A DNA stretch of 64,000 nucleotides from Prorocentrum cordatum (lineage: Eukaryota). Location of the stretch: NCBI GenBank assembly GCA_963575745.1, contig CAUYUJ010000277.1, positions 1 to 64,000 on the forward strand. Direction: 5' to 3'. Below the pieces are notes generated by a model. That model ran no database searches and was not told the DNA's origin. It saw only the letters and a program-made list of their open reading frames with translations. This document shows positions 12,841 to 24,081 of this stretch, in pieces. The position numbers were made by a program, and so were the translations under genes. Position 1 is the first letter of the stretch; each line of letters begins with the position of its first letter.

Positions 12841-13605
12841 TCACTTGCGTTTCTGGTTCTTCTTGCCGCCGCTGGCGGAGCCACTGCCCGATCGGAACGC
12901 CAGGGTCTCTACCAGCTTGGCTGCCTTGGACCTCGTCGCGATGTCGAACTGGAGAACGATACCCGCGGCGGCCAAGGCTCCGTTGGTCCGCAGCGTGTTG
13001 AGCGCTGCCTTGAACCCTGGGTAGTGATTCACCGCGAAGATCCACCTGGTCTCGCCCTCCTCGTTGCTGTCGCCCTCGTTGCGGCTGGCCTGGATCCGAA
13101 AGCAGCGAGTGGCCACGAACTTCGCCTCGGTGTTCTGTGCCAGCTTGCCCATCTGCAGCAGCACCTCCAGCGCTGCCTGCGCTGCCTCGGGTTCGGCCCC
13201 TTGCGACACGGCCTCCGTCACCTGCTGCCGCTTGAGGAGCACCGCCTCCATGATGCGAAAGACCACGGCGCGGGCCAGCGCGTCGGGCCGCTTGCCCAGC
13301 GGGTTGCCCAAGAACGGGCTGCCCAGCTCGCTCGCCTTCTCCTTGGCCTTGCGACCCTCGTCCTCGCACGTCGTGATGGCCTGCTCCAGCGCGTTCGCCA
13401 GGGCGCACTGCGGCTTGAGAACCATCACGAAGTTGTCGTCTCGGTGACCTGCTCGAGCGAGGTCCTCGCGCTGGAGGGCGAGCCTGGCGAGTGCCTTGGC
13501 CAGCGGGCCCACGATGTCGTTGCCCTCGCCCTTGTCCTCCGAGTTCGGGGCCGCCGCGCGCTTCTGGCTGGCTGCCACCTGCACCTCCGCGATCGGCTGG
13601 AACAT
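12841..13605 (-). CDS. Intact 254-aa LINE-borne downstream ORF ('ORF-X') of unknown function
   Basis: MFQPIAEV...GNPLGKRPDAL...WIFAVNHYPGF...RSKAAKLVETLAF..KKNQKRK. Homologues lie in copy 2 (11022-11739) and copy 3 (~7420-8087). Confidence 0.75.
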   Translation of the reverse strand: MFQPIAEVQVAASQKRAAAPNSEDKGEGNDIVGPLAKALARLALQREDLARAGHRDDNFVMVLKPQCALANALEQAITTCEDEGRKAKEKASELGSPFLGNPLGKRPDALARAVVFRIMEAVLLKRQQVTEAVSQGAEPEAAQAALEVLLQMGKLAQNTEAKFVATRCFRIQASRNEGDSNEEGETRWIFAVNHYPGFKAALNTLRTNGALAAAGIVLQFDIATRSKAAKLVETLAFRSGSGSASGGKKNQKRK

Positions 13606-16600
13606 GACTGGCAGGAACAGGAGGAGATGCTGCAAGCTCAAGTTGTGAATCTGCTTGAGCCTGAACGCCAGCGAGGACGGGGCAACGGCCAAGTTTGACA
13701 TGGCGGATCAACGTGTCCTTGCGAGTGAATTGTTTCGCACAGTGTGAGCAACGCTTCTGTTGAAGATCGACATCCGAAAGAAAGTTGGTCGTGGGATTCG
13801 CATAGGTGTTGTGTGCAGCATGTTTGTGATTGGCGAGGCCCTTCTCTCCATTGCAATTTTGTCCGCACACATCGCACTGAATCCAGACAACAGCAACAGG
13901 TTCGCCAGCTGCGACCTCGCCAAAGGTGAGAACACGACGAAAGCAGCGCTGCTCACAGGAGGCAAGCCAGCGAAGCCACGGCTCAGCAAGGTCAGGTAGG
14001 TCACCGTGAAGAAGGAAGAGGCGGCGGGCCTCCAGCTGCTCGTGCGCCTCCACAGTGTTCCAGAGCTGGCGCAAGTCGCCCTTCAGCAAGGGAAGGAGGC
14101 CGCGGGGCTCACGCGGGCCAGGAGGCTCGAAAGAAAAGCGGCCGAAGATGACGGCGCGGACCGCCAGCGTGGCGTCATAGAGGTCGGGTGTGGGCCCACG
14201 GAAGACTGGCCAAAGGACTCGTCGCCACCATTTAAGTCGTCAATGCTGAAGTGTGCTCTCCACTGTCGGGACACGGGCCTTCCTCCTGATCTCGCGGTTG
14301 GTGAGCTTGTTGATGTGGGCAGGGGAGTGGAGAAGCCCTCGGAGTTTCCGAACTTGCCAGGATTCCAAGCAGAGGAGCTCACGCTTGGACATCACAGCGA
14401 CTTCCAACGCATACAGGCCAACTGAACGAACCAACGCCTTCCACAAGCGTATCTTCATCTTCGGGCTGAACCCCCCTTGAAAGCACGTCGGAGGAGTCGA
14501 GCATGGGCTTGGTTGGCGCTCTGGAGCCGGTGGGTAATCTCAGTCTGGTAGCTGCCTGATGCGGCCATGCGAACGCCTAGGTACTTGACCGTCGGCTGCG
14601 GGTGCACGGCGGGGGCCTCGTCATCCTGCCAGGTCACGATGCCCGTGGAGTGTGAGTTGATGGACTTCTGGCGTCTCTTGCTTCCCGTGCCGCCGGGGAT
14701 GAGGAGAAGCTCAGTCTTGTTCGCGTTGACCTTCATGCCACCGAAGGAAATCTCGCCGTTCACTAAGTCAAGCAGCTGGGACGCCTCGTCAAAGTGGTTT
14801 ACCTCTCCAAACGTCAGCAGGTCGTCCAAGAACTCGAGGTGGGTAACGTCCAGGCACTCGCAGGAGTCATTCAGCAGCGGGTCCGAGGTGCGGATCTTCT
14901 TGAGGCTGGGGTCAAAGTAAACGAAGATCCCAGGAAACTCATTCTCGCGCTGACGTTCTGCCACCTCGGCAACTAGCTTGTCATAAGCAGCAACAAAGAG
15001 ACCAGGGCTTTCCACTCCTCCCTGGCGGACGCCGCGCTGAACATGAATGCGAGAGCAGGGTAGGCGAGTGCGCACATCACGATAGAGGCAGCACATGCCG
15101 TCATGGAGCTCCTCCAGCGTCTCACGTGCATCAGGCCGTAGTTGGAGGGACTCCAGGCTGTCCCAGATGGACTGCCGTGCGATGATGTCGAAAGCCTTCT
15201 CCAAGTCAGTGAGGATGACCAGCAGCATAGGTGGAGGGTCCGTGGCTCGTCCGCGTACTCGAACTCGATGGGCATGCTGATGACGGGTGATGACCTCCAT
15301 CGCAACCGAAATTGCGTCCCGAGTGCCACGGCCAGGCATGGCGCCGACCTGGGTTGGGGAGATCCTGTGGGAGATATCGCGCATGGCGTCGAGGGCGGTG
15401 ACCCGCGCGAAGACCTTGCCTATGTGGCTGATGAGGCTGATGGTGCGGTAGTCGTTCATGGCAGACTTCCCATCGCCTTTCGGCTTGCGCAGGTGCGCAG
15501 ACTCGCCATCCTTGAACCGCTGGGGTGCGGAGCCCAAAGCTTGGCTGCATCGAAAGATCTGGAGTAGGGGCGGGCTGACGTTCTCTAAGGCAAGCATCCA
15601 AGTCTCTGCAACCGCACCAGTAGGAGGAGCCTCTGGAAACCACTGTAAGGTAGGGCCTCCCTTGAAGTTCGGAAGGTTGCGAATGCCCTGCTTGATGTCG
15701 GCCAAGTCACACGGCCCGATGCGATCAGCATCACGGCCCATGTCACGGGCTCGGACTGGCAGTTCATGGAGCGCCATCGCCGTGCCATTGCACAGCGAAC
15801 AGATACTCGCCACTCGGACTTGGTTATCACGTTCTGAGTCGAAGCATGGGAGGCCTGTCTGCGGGTCGCTGACGGTCACGATGGGTGCAGGTGGATTGGG
15901 TGCGAGACGGCGCACGATGGAGAACAGGCGCCGCAGGTTATTCTCGCCAGCCGAGCGCTCGGCAAATGCTGCAAGATGTGCCAGACGCTGCCGCTTCTCA
16001 CTCCTGATGGCCTCGGTGCAGATCTTGGACGCCTCTAGGAACTTCTGGTGGAAGAAAAGGGTCAGCCATCTCGAGCCCGAAGAGAGCGCGGCCAGTTGAT
16101 ACTGCCAATGATGCTTCATCTTGATGAGTCGCATAGTGGCCTCCGAGAAGACTGGCCCCGTAGAAGCACCCCGCGGCTGTGGCATGTCGATGTAGTCCTG
16201 GGAGGCGGCCTCAATGATGACGCCCTCCATCGCGTTGAAGTACTCGGAGGGGTCGGCAAAGCGTTTGCCACTGCCGCAGACGTCAATCCAATCCCCATGC
16301 AAGCTCATCGCCTCGATGCCCTCCTGGACCTTGGTGCGGAAAAGATGCACACGATCAGGGATGGGATGGCTGTGCTCGAAGTCATCCTCTGCCAATTGGA
16401 CTGCGCGCAGGTCTTGGATGAGAAATTCACGGCGCCAGCGGGGTCGTGCAGATGGTTCAGAGGACTTCAAGCGGGCCCCGATGAACATTTTCGTCTGTAG
16501 AGGGCGGTGGTCCCGATATCCCCCGAGGTTGACTGGAAGGTCGAAGCGAGGGCGGGAAGCGTGGCCGTATCCACCTTGGCGTCGGACAAGAACATAGTCG

Positions 16601-17856
16601 ATGGTGGTCCAGGCTCCTGCGGGGCTCCTCCATGTGCCATTGCGGCGGCCTTTCTTCCCGAACGTATTGAGTGCCGCCAGCCCGAAATCCTCTAAGATGT
16701 CCATCAGAGCGCGCCCGTTGTTGTTGATGGGAGGACCATGCCCGCGAACGCCAGCGTGGCCCACCAGAGGAAGGTGGGGAGGCAGGTGAGCATTGGCGTC
16801 CAGCGTGACCACCAAAGAGGTGCGAGCAGGGATCTGACCAATCGCGTGGCCGCATGCGCGCCAGAAGGTCTCCTGCTGAGAAAAATGTGCTTCGCGGAAG
16901 GCGCCAGCATCCACTCCGTTCGGGGGCCGACCAGGGTCATTGGTGGGCGCGTAGCCGTTCAGGATGTAGAGGTCGCGCTCAAAGCGACTGTGGCCGAGGC
17001 TGCGAATCCGAATGCCTTGGAGCCTACCAGGCAACCACGAATGCTCGCACCTGATCTCGCCAGGCTTGAAGTGGCGCGCGCTGATGGCAATGAGGCAGCC
17101 GTCACGGTGGCCGACTCCCGACCGAGGGCGAGAGTGGACGCTGTATCCGCACGACTGCCAAGACATGCCTAAGTCCATCTGGGTGCCCTGCATCGCGAAG
17201 ATGGCCACGTTCTCTGCCTTTGCCAGCTCGAGAAGCTCCTCCAAGCGGCCTATGCGGCGGAGTGGTTCAGCATTGAAGCTCCAGAGCCGCACCGTCCTCT
17301 CTTTGAAGCAAGTTGCGTCGTTCCGAGCTGGCGCGCGATCGAGCTCTTCAGGTTGTTGGCGCAGCTGGGGCGGTTCGCTGGTGATCAATCCTGGGAGGAG
17401 TTGTGCTGCATCAGCACGAGTATATCGTCGTCCTCGGTACCAAGCAGCGCCCACCACCAACGCGAGCCGCACAGCCCGCCTCAGGGCACGCTTGCCGCGC
17501 ATGCCGATACGCCCTGCTTCCAGCGGCCTGAAGCAAACGGCTCCAGTAGTGCTGTCCTCGCGGGTCGGGCTGCCCGCGAACGCTCGCCTCGCAGCGGGCC
17601 CTGAGTCAGCAGCCCCGCCAGCAGAGTGCAGCAGCGGCAGCCATGGTGCAACTGGCGGGAGGCCAAGGGCTGGCCAGGACTTGCGACCTGGCACGACCGT
17701 CCGCTGGGACGGCAAACGTCTCGAGCCGTCGAGGCTTTGTTCTCCTTCCGCCAGCTTCCGCCGACCTTCCGCTGGCCTCCGCCGAGGGCGAGATGTCCAC
17801 TTCCCGATTCCTCTAAGGCGAGGCTGTTGTGGGGACGCTCTTGACGGCTGTGGCAC
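13600..17856 (-). pseudogene. LINE ORF2: AP endonuclease, reverse transcriptase and two C2H2-type zinc fingers, with one frameshift and one stop
   Basis: APE motifs: LWSFN, NGYAPT, TLDANAH, TWRSP..IDYVLV, DHRPL. RT motifs: KPKG..YRTISL, DLEKAFD, GVRQG..SP.LF, FLDD, KYLGV. Frameshift at the G6 run near 14471-14476, continuing KIRLWKALVRSVGLYALE. TGA at 14240 (QH*RLKWW). Fingers: CDVC..NHKHAAH and CSHCAKQFTRKDTLIRH. Confidence 0.92.
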
Positions 17857-18084
17857 CGCTCGAGCAGAGACGATTACGGACCCTTCTCTGCCTGGTCGGC
17901 GCCTGCAGACATACGCACTACCCAGCGCTCAATGAGTCGTTCCTCCCACGACGCCCCAGGCCATCTGGAGACTCACCCATCCCAAGCTATCTCCTCCAAA
18001 CTCAATGGTAGGGTCAGCAATCCCCGTGTTATTATAATTAATAATATCATGATTGGTATTCCTCCTTCTCAGCATCATAATATA

Positions 18085-18143
18085 ATCATCATCAGCGTCT
18101 TCATCATCATCAGCATCAGCATCAGCATCAGCATCAGCATCAG

Positions 18144-18201
<58 letters not shown>

Positions 18202-18249
18202 GTCGTCATCATCATCATCATCACCAGCATCATCTCATCATCATCCTCG

Positions 18250-18290
<41 letters not shown>

Positions 18291-19818
18291 GTCGTCATCA
18301 TCATCATCATCAGCAGCAGCAGCATCGTTACCATCATCATCAGCATCAGCAGCATCATCATCATCATCAGCAGCATCACCATAATCAACAGCATGGTCAT
18401 CGTCACATCATCATCGTCATCATCGTCAACATCAACAACGTCAGCATCAGCATCAGCACCAGAATCAGTATCGTCAGCATTATCATCGGCTGCATCATCA
18501 GCATCATAATCATAATCCGCAGCATCATCATCAGCATCATCATCATCATCATCATCCTTACCAGTATCATCATCATCATCATCCGCATCATCAGCATCAT
18601 CATCACCATCATCATGATTATCATCATCAGCATCATCCTCACCAACAGCATACTCATCATCAGCATCATCATCAGCAGCAGCATCATCAGTATCAGCATC
18701 ATCATCATCAGCATCATCATCATCAACGGCATCATCACCATCATCAGCAGCAGCATCATCAGCATCATCATCATCAACGGCATCATGATCAGCATCACCA
18801 TCCTCATTATCGCCATCATCCGCATCATCATCAGCGTCATCGGCGTCGTCATCATCATCATCATCATCATGAGCACCATCATCATCAGCATCATCATCAT
18901 CGGCGTCAGCATCATCAGCATCATCAGCACCAGCAACATCACCATCATCAACAGCATGGTCATCGTCACATCATCATCCGCATCATCGTCATCATCATCA
19001 TCAACATCAGCATCAGCATCATCATCATCATCGTCATCATCATCGTCATCATCATCATCATCATCGTCAGCAGTATCATCATCGTCACCGTCATCACCAC
19101 CATCATCATCATAATCATAATCCGCAGCATCATCATCAGCATCATCATCATCCTTACCAGTATCATCATCATCCGCATCATCAACATCATCATCACCATC
19201 ATCAGAATTATCATCCTCATCATCAGCATCATCATCAGCAGCAGCAGCATCTTCTCAAAATCCTCACCATCATCATCAACAGCATCATCATCAGCAGCAG
19301 CATCATCGTCACCATCACGTTCAGCATCATCATCATCATCATCATCATCATCAACATCATCATCATCATCACCATCATCACCATCATCATCACCATCATC
19401 GGTCATCGTCATCAGCATCGTCATCATCATCATCAGCAGCATCAGCATCAGCATCGTCATCACCACCATCAACCGCACCATCACCATCACCATCATGTAC
19501 ACAAGTGCACAGCTTGTACTGACCGATGCCTCCTTGCATCGACTGAAGCATCATCATCACCACCATCAACAACATCATCATCAGCAGCAGCATCATCATT
19601 ATCAGCATCAACATCATCAGCCGCAGCATCATCATCAGCAGCAGCATCGTCATCATCCTCATCGACAGCATCAGCAGAATCATCATCATCAGCAGCATCG
19701 TCATCATGATCTTCATTAGCATCATCAGCATCATAATCGTCATCATCGTCATCGACATCGTCGTCGTCATCATCAGCATCATCATCAGCATCATCATCAT
19801 CGTCGTCGTCATCGTCAA
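18085..19818. repeat. Long degenerate (CAT/CAG/CGT)n microsatellite
   Basis: About 1.7 kb of catcatcat with variant triplets. Confidence 0.95.
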
Positions 19819-19866
19819 CAGAGCAGCACAGTCGTGATCCTGACTTGTTTTGCGTGTCCTCCCCCT

Positions 19867-19897
<31 letters not shown>

Positions 19898-20025
19898 CTC
19901 CTCATCGTCCCCTCTCTCTCTCTCTCCTCTTCCTCTCTTGATGCTCAGCCTGCTCTGGTTCGCATGCGTCCATTCCGTTGCTCCATCAGACACTGTCTCC
20001 GCTGAATACCAACACTCCCAACGTC

Positions 20026-20111
20026 CATGGCTCTGTGGGATGGAAGTCTACGCACTTCACGCGGTCGCTTCTCGCTGACAACTTCTTTTTGATGTCGAGT
20101 CGGAGCGGCAT
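20026..20111 (-). CDS. COPB2: Coatomer subunit beta' (COPI WD40 protein), first coding exon
   Basis: Translates [28 protein letters not shown](W), the characteristic beta'-COP/Sec27 N-terminus. ATG at 20111-20109. Predicted phase-2 donor TG|GA. Confidence 0.9.
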
Positions 20112-22194
20112 GGTCCTCCCCTCCACGTAAGCTCGGCGCACCAAACTTGCGTCAGCCTCTCCGATCAGGGAGCACACTTGACTTCACGGCACCATAATGG
20201 AATCTTGGAGGACGTGCCACGCTTCCCGCCGCGCACACTCCTGCTTCCTGCCTGCTTTCGCTACACATGGTGCGTGCAAACAACAGGAAATCAACAACCA
20301 CGCAGCACCAAATTCGAGCGCACAGCACACCAAACGCAGCACCACGGACAGACGTCATGACTCGATGGGCTCAGGATACGCTCCAGGAATACTGGGGCAT
20401 CCCGCGGCCCCCGCTTCCTTCTGGAGCCCTCTCGGAAAGAAGTTGAAATCTTGAAGAGGCCGTCGAAGTCCTGGAACGTCAAAGCAAGGGGGGGCCGAAC
20501 GATTTTGCGTTTTCCCTGCGCGCGCGTGGCTGGATGGAGGGCTCGGTCCTTGGCAGCGATACTTGGAGGCACTCTTAGGGGCGACACTCGGGGGCTATAC
20601 ACGGGGGCAATCCTTGGGGACAATACTCGAGGGCATTGCTTGGGGCAATACTTGAGGGCAACACTGGGGGCAGCACATGGGAGCCTTACATGAAGACTAC
20701 ACACGGAGACAATACTCAGTGGCAGTACGTGGAGGCGGTGCTTGCCACCCCCGCACTCTTGTTCGCAAGTGCGGGGTGCCACGCACCGTCGTCGTGATCT
20801 CCTGCCCCTCTCGACCTCACCGCACGCAAGAGTGCGAGCGCGCGCGCACCCGGCGGCAGGCTGAGGCCCTGCACGGCCTCGGCTCCCGGCTTCCGCCACC
20901 GCGCAAAGCGTCCCGTACAGAGCGACCTCCGCTGCCAGAGGTCTCCTGGAGGCTACCGCCCCTGGGTTAGGAGGCAACTGCTGTGAGATCTTCACAGGAA
21001 CGACGAAGGGCTACTGAGCCCAAGTGAAGGGCCATCGGGCAAGATCGGTCTGGATTCAGCCAATATTGAACCCGACTGAGCCAGATCGAGCGGGATCGAA
21101 CGGAAGTGAGCAGGATTATGCCTGAGCATGCCTGGTCTCGAACACGAACATACCAGCGCCGATGCTGAAGTGAAGCTCCCAGGAGCTGCATCGTAACCTG
21201 GGGGAGCAAAAAGAATACCCATGAGACGCCGCTGTGGGGAACCCATCCGCGTGTTCCTGCTGAAGCCAAGACCAGGCCCTGACAGGATCCCAACAGCAGC
21301 GTGCATTGATACAGTACTCTTTTCCCTTCTAGAGACCTCATCTCTCTTCGTCGAGGGCTGCAAGACCTCTGCTGTCCCTCGACTCGCGCTGAAACGTCCA
21401 TACATTCCAAATATATCTGGATACCTCCAGGTCGATCTATCTGGACTCACATAAACTTCCGTGCATCGGCTTGTCTGGTTTAATCCTAGAGATCAAATGA
21501 GCAAGAGTCGTCACGACCTTAGAGAATCCGTACAGCCTTCTCGGCTCGAGATGTTTGCTGTGGGCCCCTGGCAGGCCCGAGCTGGATCGAATCGCGAAGT
21601 CGGATCGGATCGCTAACGGATCGGATACGCCAGCGAATCGTCCCGAACCGAAGCGAAGTCGGATCGCCTCGCCGAGACTGGTTCAAGCTGGCCCCGGCCG
21701 ATGCCGGCGAATCGAATCGCGGCCCCAACAAGGCGAATGAAACCGCACCGAATCGGATCGCAGGCGGCCCTGCTGGCCCGAGGCGGTTCCATGGAGGCTG
21801 GCACGCTGGGCTTCAACATTGAGCACCAGCGCGTACGCTGCCGAGACTCTTGGGAGGCCTCTTGGACCAACTTGGGACCCTCTTGCGCTGGCCCGGGGCC
21901 GTCCTGGGGCACTCTTGGGCTGCCCCCAGCCTCGCTGGAGAATCCCGACGGGAGCACGTCGTCGTCGCCGCCGCCGCCCACGCCGCCGTCGTCGTCGTCG
22001 TCGTCGTCGTCGTCCCCCACACCGCCCCGCCACGAGGTGAGAGCAACGGGACCCTAGCCTGACGTCTCGAGCCAGGCCTGAGCCAAAATCCCTGCCCTGG
22101 CGGCGGCCGATCGCGCCCGCGCCTGCGCCCACGAAGCACCAAAGCCACAGTGTGGGGGGCTCGCCCCAGTCACTTCTTCCTGCTCCGCTCTCCT

Positions 22195-22473
22195 CTACTC
22201 CTCCTGCTCCTGGTCCTCGCCCCCCTCCTGCTCCCCTTCCTCCTCCTCCTTCTTCTTCTTCTCCTCCTCCTCCTCCTCCTCCTCCTCCTCCTCCTCCTCC
22301 TCCTTCTCCTTCTGCTCCTCTCCTCCTCCTCCTTTCTCCCCTCCTCCTCCTCGCCCCCCTCCTGCTTCCCCTCCTCCTCCTCCTCCTCCTCCTCTCCTCC
22401 TCCTCCTCCTCTCCTCCCTCCTCCTCCTCCTCCTCCTCCTCCTCCTCCTCCTCCTCCTCCTCCTCCTCCTCCT
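22195..22473. repeat. (CCT)n microsatellite
   Basis: Directly visible in the sequence. Confidence 0.95.
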
Positions 22474-22599
22474 CGGTCCGCCATTGCCATTAGAAGTGGC
22501 TCTTCCTCGTCTGACCGCCAGTCGTATCGGCAAAGCGGGCCAGACGATTCGCATCAGACGTCCTCCCCGCCTATGACCTGGAAGCTTGAAAACTCCGAC

Positions 22600-23540
22600 A
22601 GCTACACGGATGAAGAGGGTCTCGCTTTCACAGTGTGGCTCACGCCGCGCCGCGCGCATTCGTCATAACACTTCCCGACACTTGCACGGATGGAAGGGGG
22701 TCGTTATCAAACTCTGCCATTTGCCGCAGCGCCAGATGGAGGGGGGGCGATTACGAATGTGGTTGTCGCCAAAGCGCCGCGCACACCCATCTCCAAAGCT
22801 TCCAACAGCGGCACGGATGCAGGGGGAATCGTCTTCAAAATGTGGCTCTCGCCGTAGCGCGACGCACATCCGTACGGAAAAAAACGACAGCTATACGGAT
22901 GGAGGGGAGACGTGTTCAAAAGGTGGCTCTCGCTGGAGCGCCACGCACACTCGTCTTAAAAGCTCCTGAATGTAAAACGGATGGATGGGGTCTTCTTCAA
23001 TACGTGGCTCTCGCCTCAGCGCCGCATCATTCGTACTAGAAGCTTCCAACCGAGACACACATGGAATGGGGACGTTATTGCTTTCACTGTGGCTCTCGCC
23101 GTAGCGCCGCGTACAGTCATCTGAAAGCCCCACCGCTACACCGCTACACGGATGGAGGGAGGTCGTTTTTTGTGTGGCTTTCGTCTTGGAGCCGCGCGAA
23201 CTCGCTTTTAAAAGCTTCCACTGTACACGGATGGATGGTGGGTCGTTTTCAAAATGCGGTTACCCACCTCAAGGCCACGCACACCCGTCGTAAAATATGT
23301 CAAGAGTTACACGGATGGAGGGCGGCTCCTTTTCAACGTGGGACTGTTGTTTGAGACGTCGCCAAGAATTATGACGAGACATCTAAAATTACGCAAAAGC
23401 TACCCAAATGTATGGCGGTACCTTTTCACATCGGGGCTCTCGCTTCAGATTTGTTTTGGTTTTTCGGCCAGACGTCTTTGGATAAAGGCTGCTGCACGAA
23501 TTGATGGCGGCCCTCGGTTTCAAAGCGCGGCTCTCGCTGG
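22600..23540 (+). repeat. Degenerate ~82-bp tandem repeat, about 11-12 copies
   Basis: Recurring (ta)cacggatggaggg ... tgtggctctcgccgtagcgccgc ... aaagcttcc at about 22603, 22684, 22811, 22892, 22975, 23056, 23144, 23224 and 23308. Confidence 0.75.
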
Positions 23541-23889
23541 GTGTGTCCTTTGATTGTGTGATCATTCCTCGTCGCCGTCCTTGTAGCCATGAGCAAAAAG
23601 TGCACTTCCTCTCAGAAGGGATCTCTTGGCTGAACTGTGGGAGCATAGGGGCGCCCGTCTTTTAAGGGAGCACCTCCCGTAGGGAGCAGGAACTCTTGAA
23701 GAGGCTTGCGCGGAGGTGACTTCAAAACTTTCTGGACGTGTGGTGCATCTTGAGATCACCATGGTCCTCTTCCCCACTATCCCATCGTCCTCCTCCTCCT
23801 CCTCCTTCTCGTCCTCCTCCTCCTCCTCCTCATCATATGTATCGCCCTCCTCCTCATGTTCCTCCACTTCCTCCTCCTCTTCTTCATTA

Positions 23890-24078
23890 CGGCAGGTTCG
23901 CGTCGTGTCGACCCCGGCGTTGGTTTCTGACACCGCGGGGATCGTTCAACCTTGAACGATCGGCCGTTTCCGAAACGTCCAAATCGTTCCACATCGAACG
24001 ATTCTGGGTCGCCCACGGCGTTCAAGGTTGAACGCCGCTGGCGGGGTCGCCGCCGGTCGACACGACACGAACCTACCG
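23890..24078. mobile_element. MITE with ~24-bp TIRs and TA flanks (Tc1/mariner-type)
   Basis: TA|CGGCAGGTTCGCGTCGTGTCGACC ... GGTCGACACGACACGAACCTACCG|TA, with 2 mismatches. Internal hairpins are present. Confidence 0.75.
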
Positions 24079-24081
24079 TAC

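Larger units (their letters stand above)
12300..17950 (-). mobile_element. Non-LTR retrotransposon copy 1: near full-length, RTE-like (APE-RT-C2H2 plus 3' ORF)
   Basis: Long APE+RT ORF with an RTE-type C-terminal region, zinc fingers and a downstream ORF. No recognisable ORF1 upstream. Both ends are approximate. Confidence 0.9.

Noticed and set aside
12677..13600. Gly/Arg-rich C-terminal extension of the 470-aa zinc-finger ORF
   Set aside because: It is the shadow frame of ORF-X, and its length and sequence are not conserved in copies 2 and 3.
17932..19993. Long poly-His/Ile/Ser/Met/Asp ORFs, also at 24028-25211, 26201-27472, 42170-43523 and 58225-60166
   Set aside because: Stop-free frames of microsatellites with no protein motifs.
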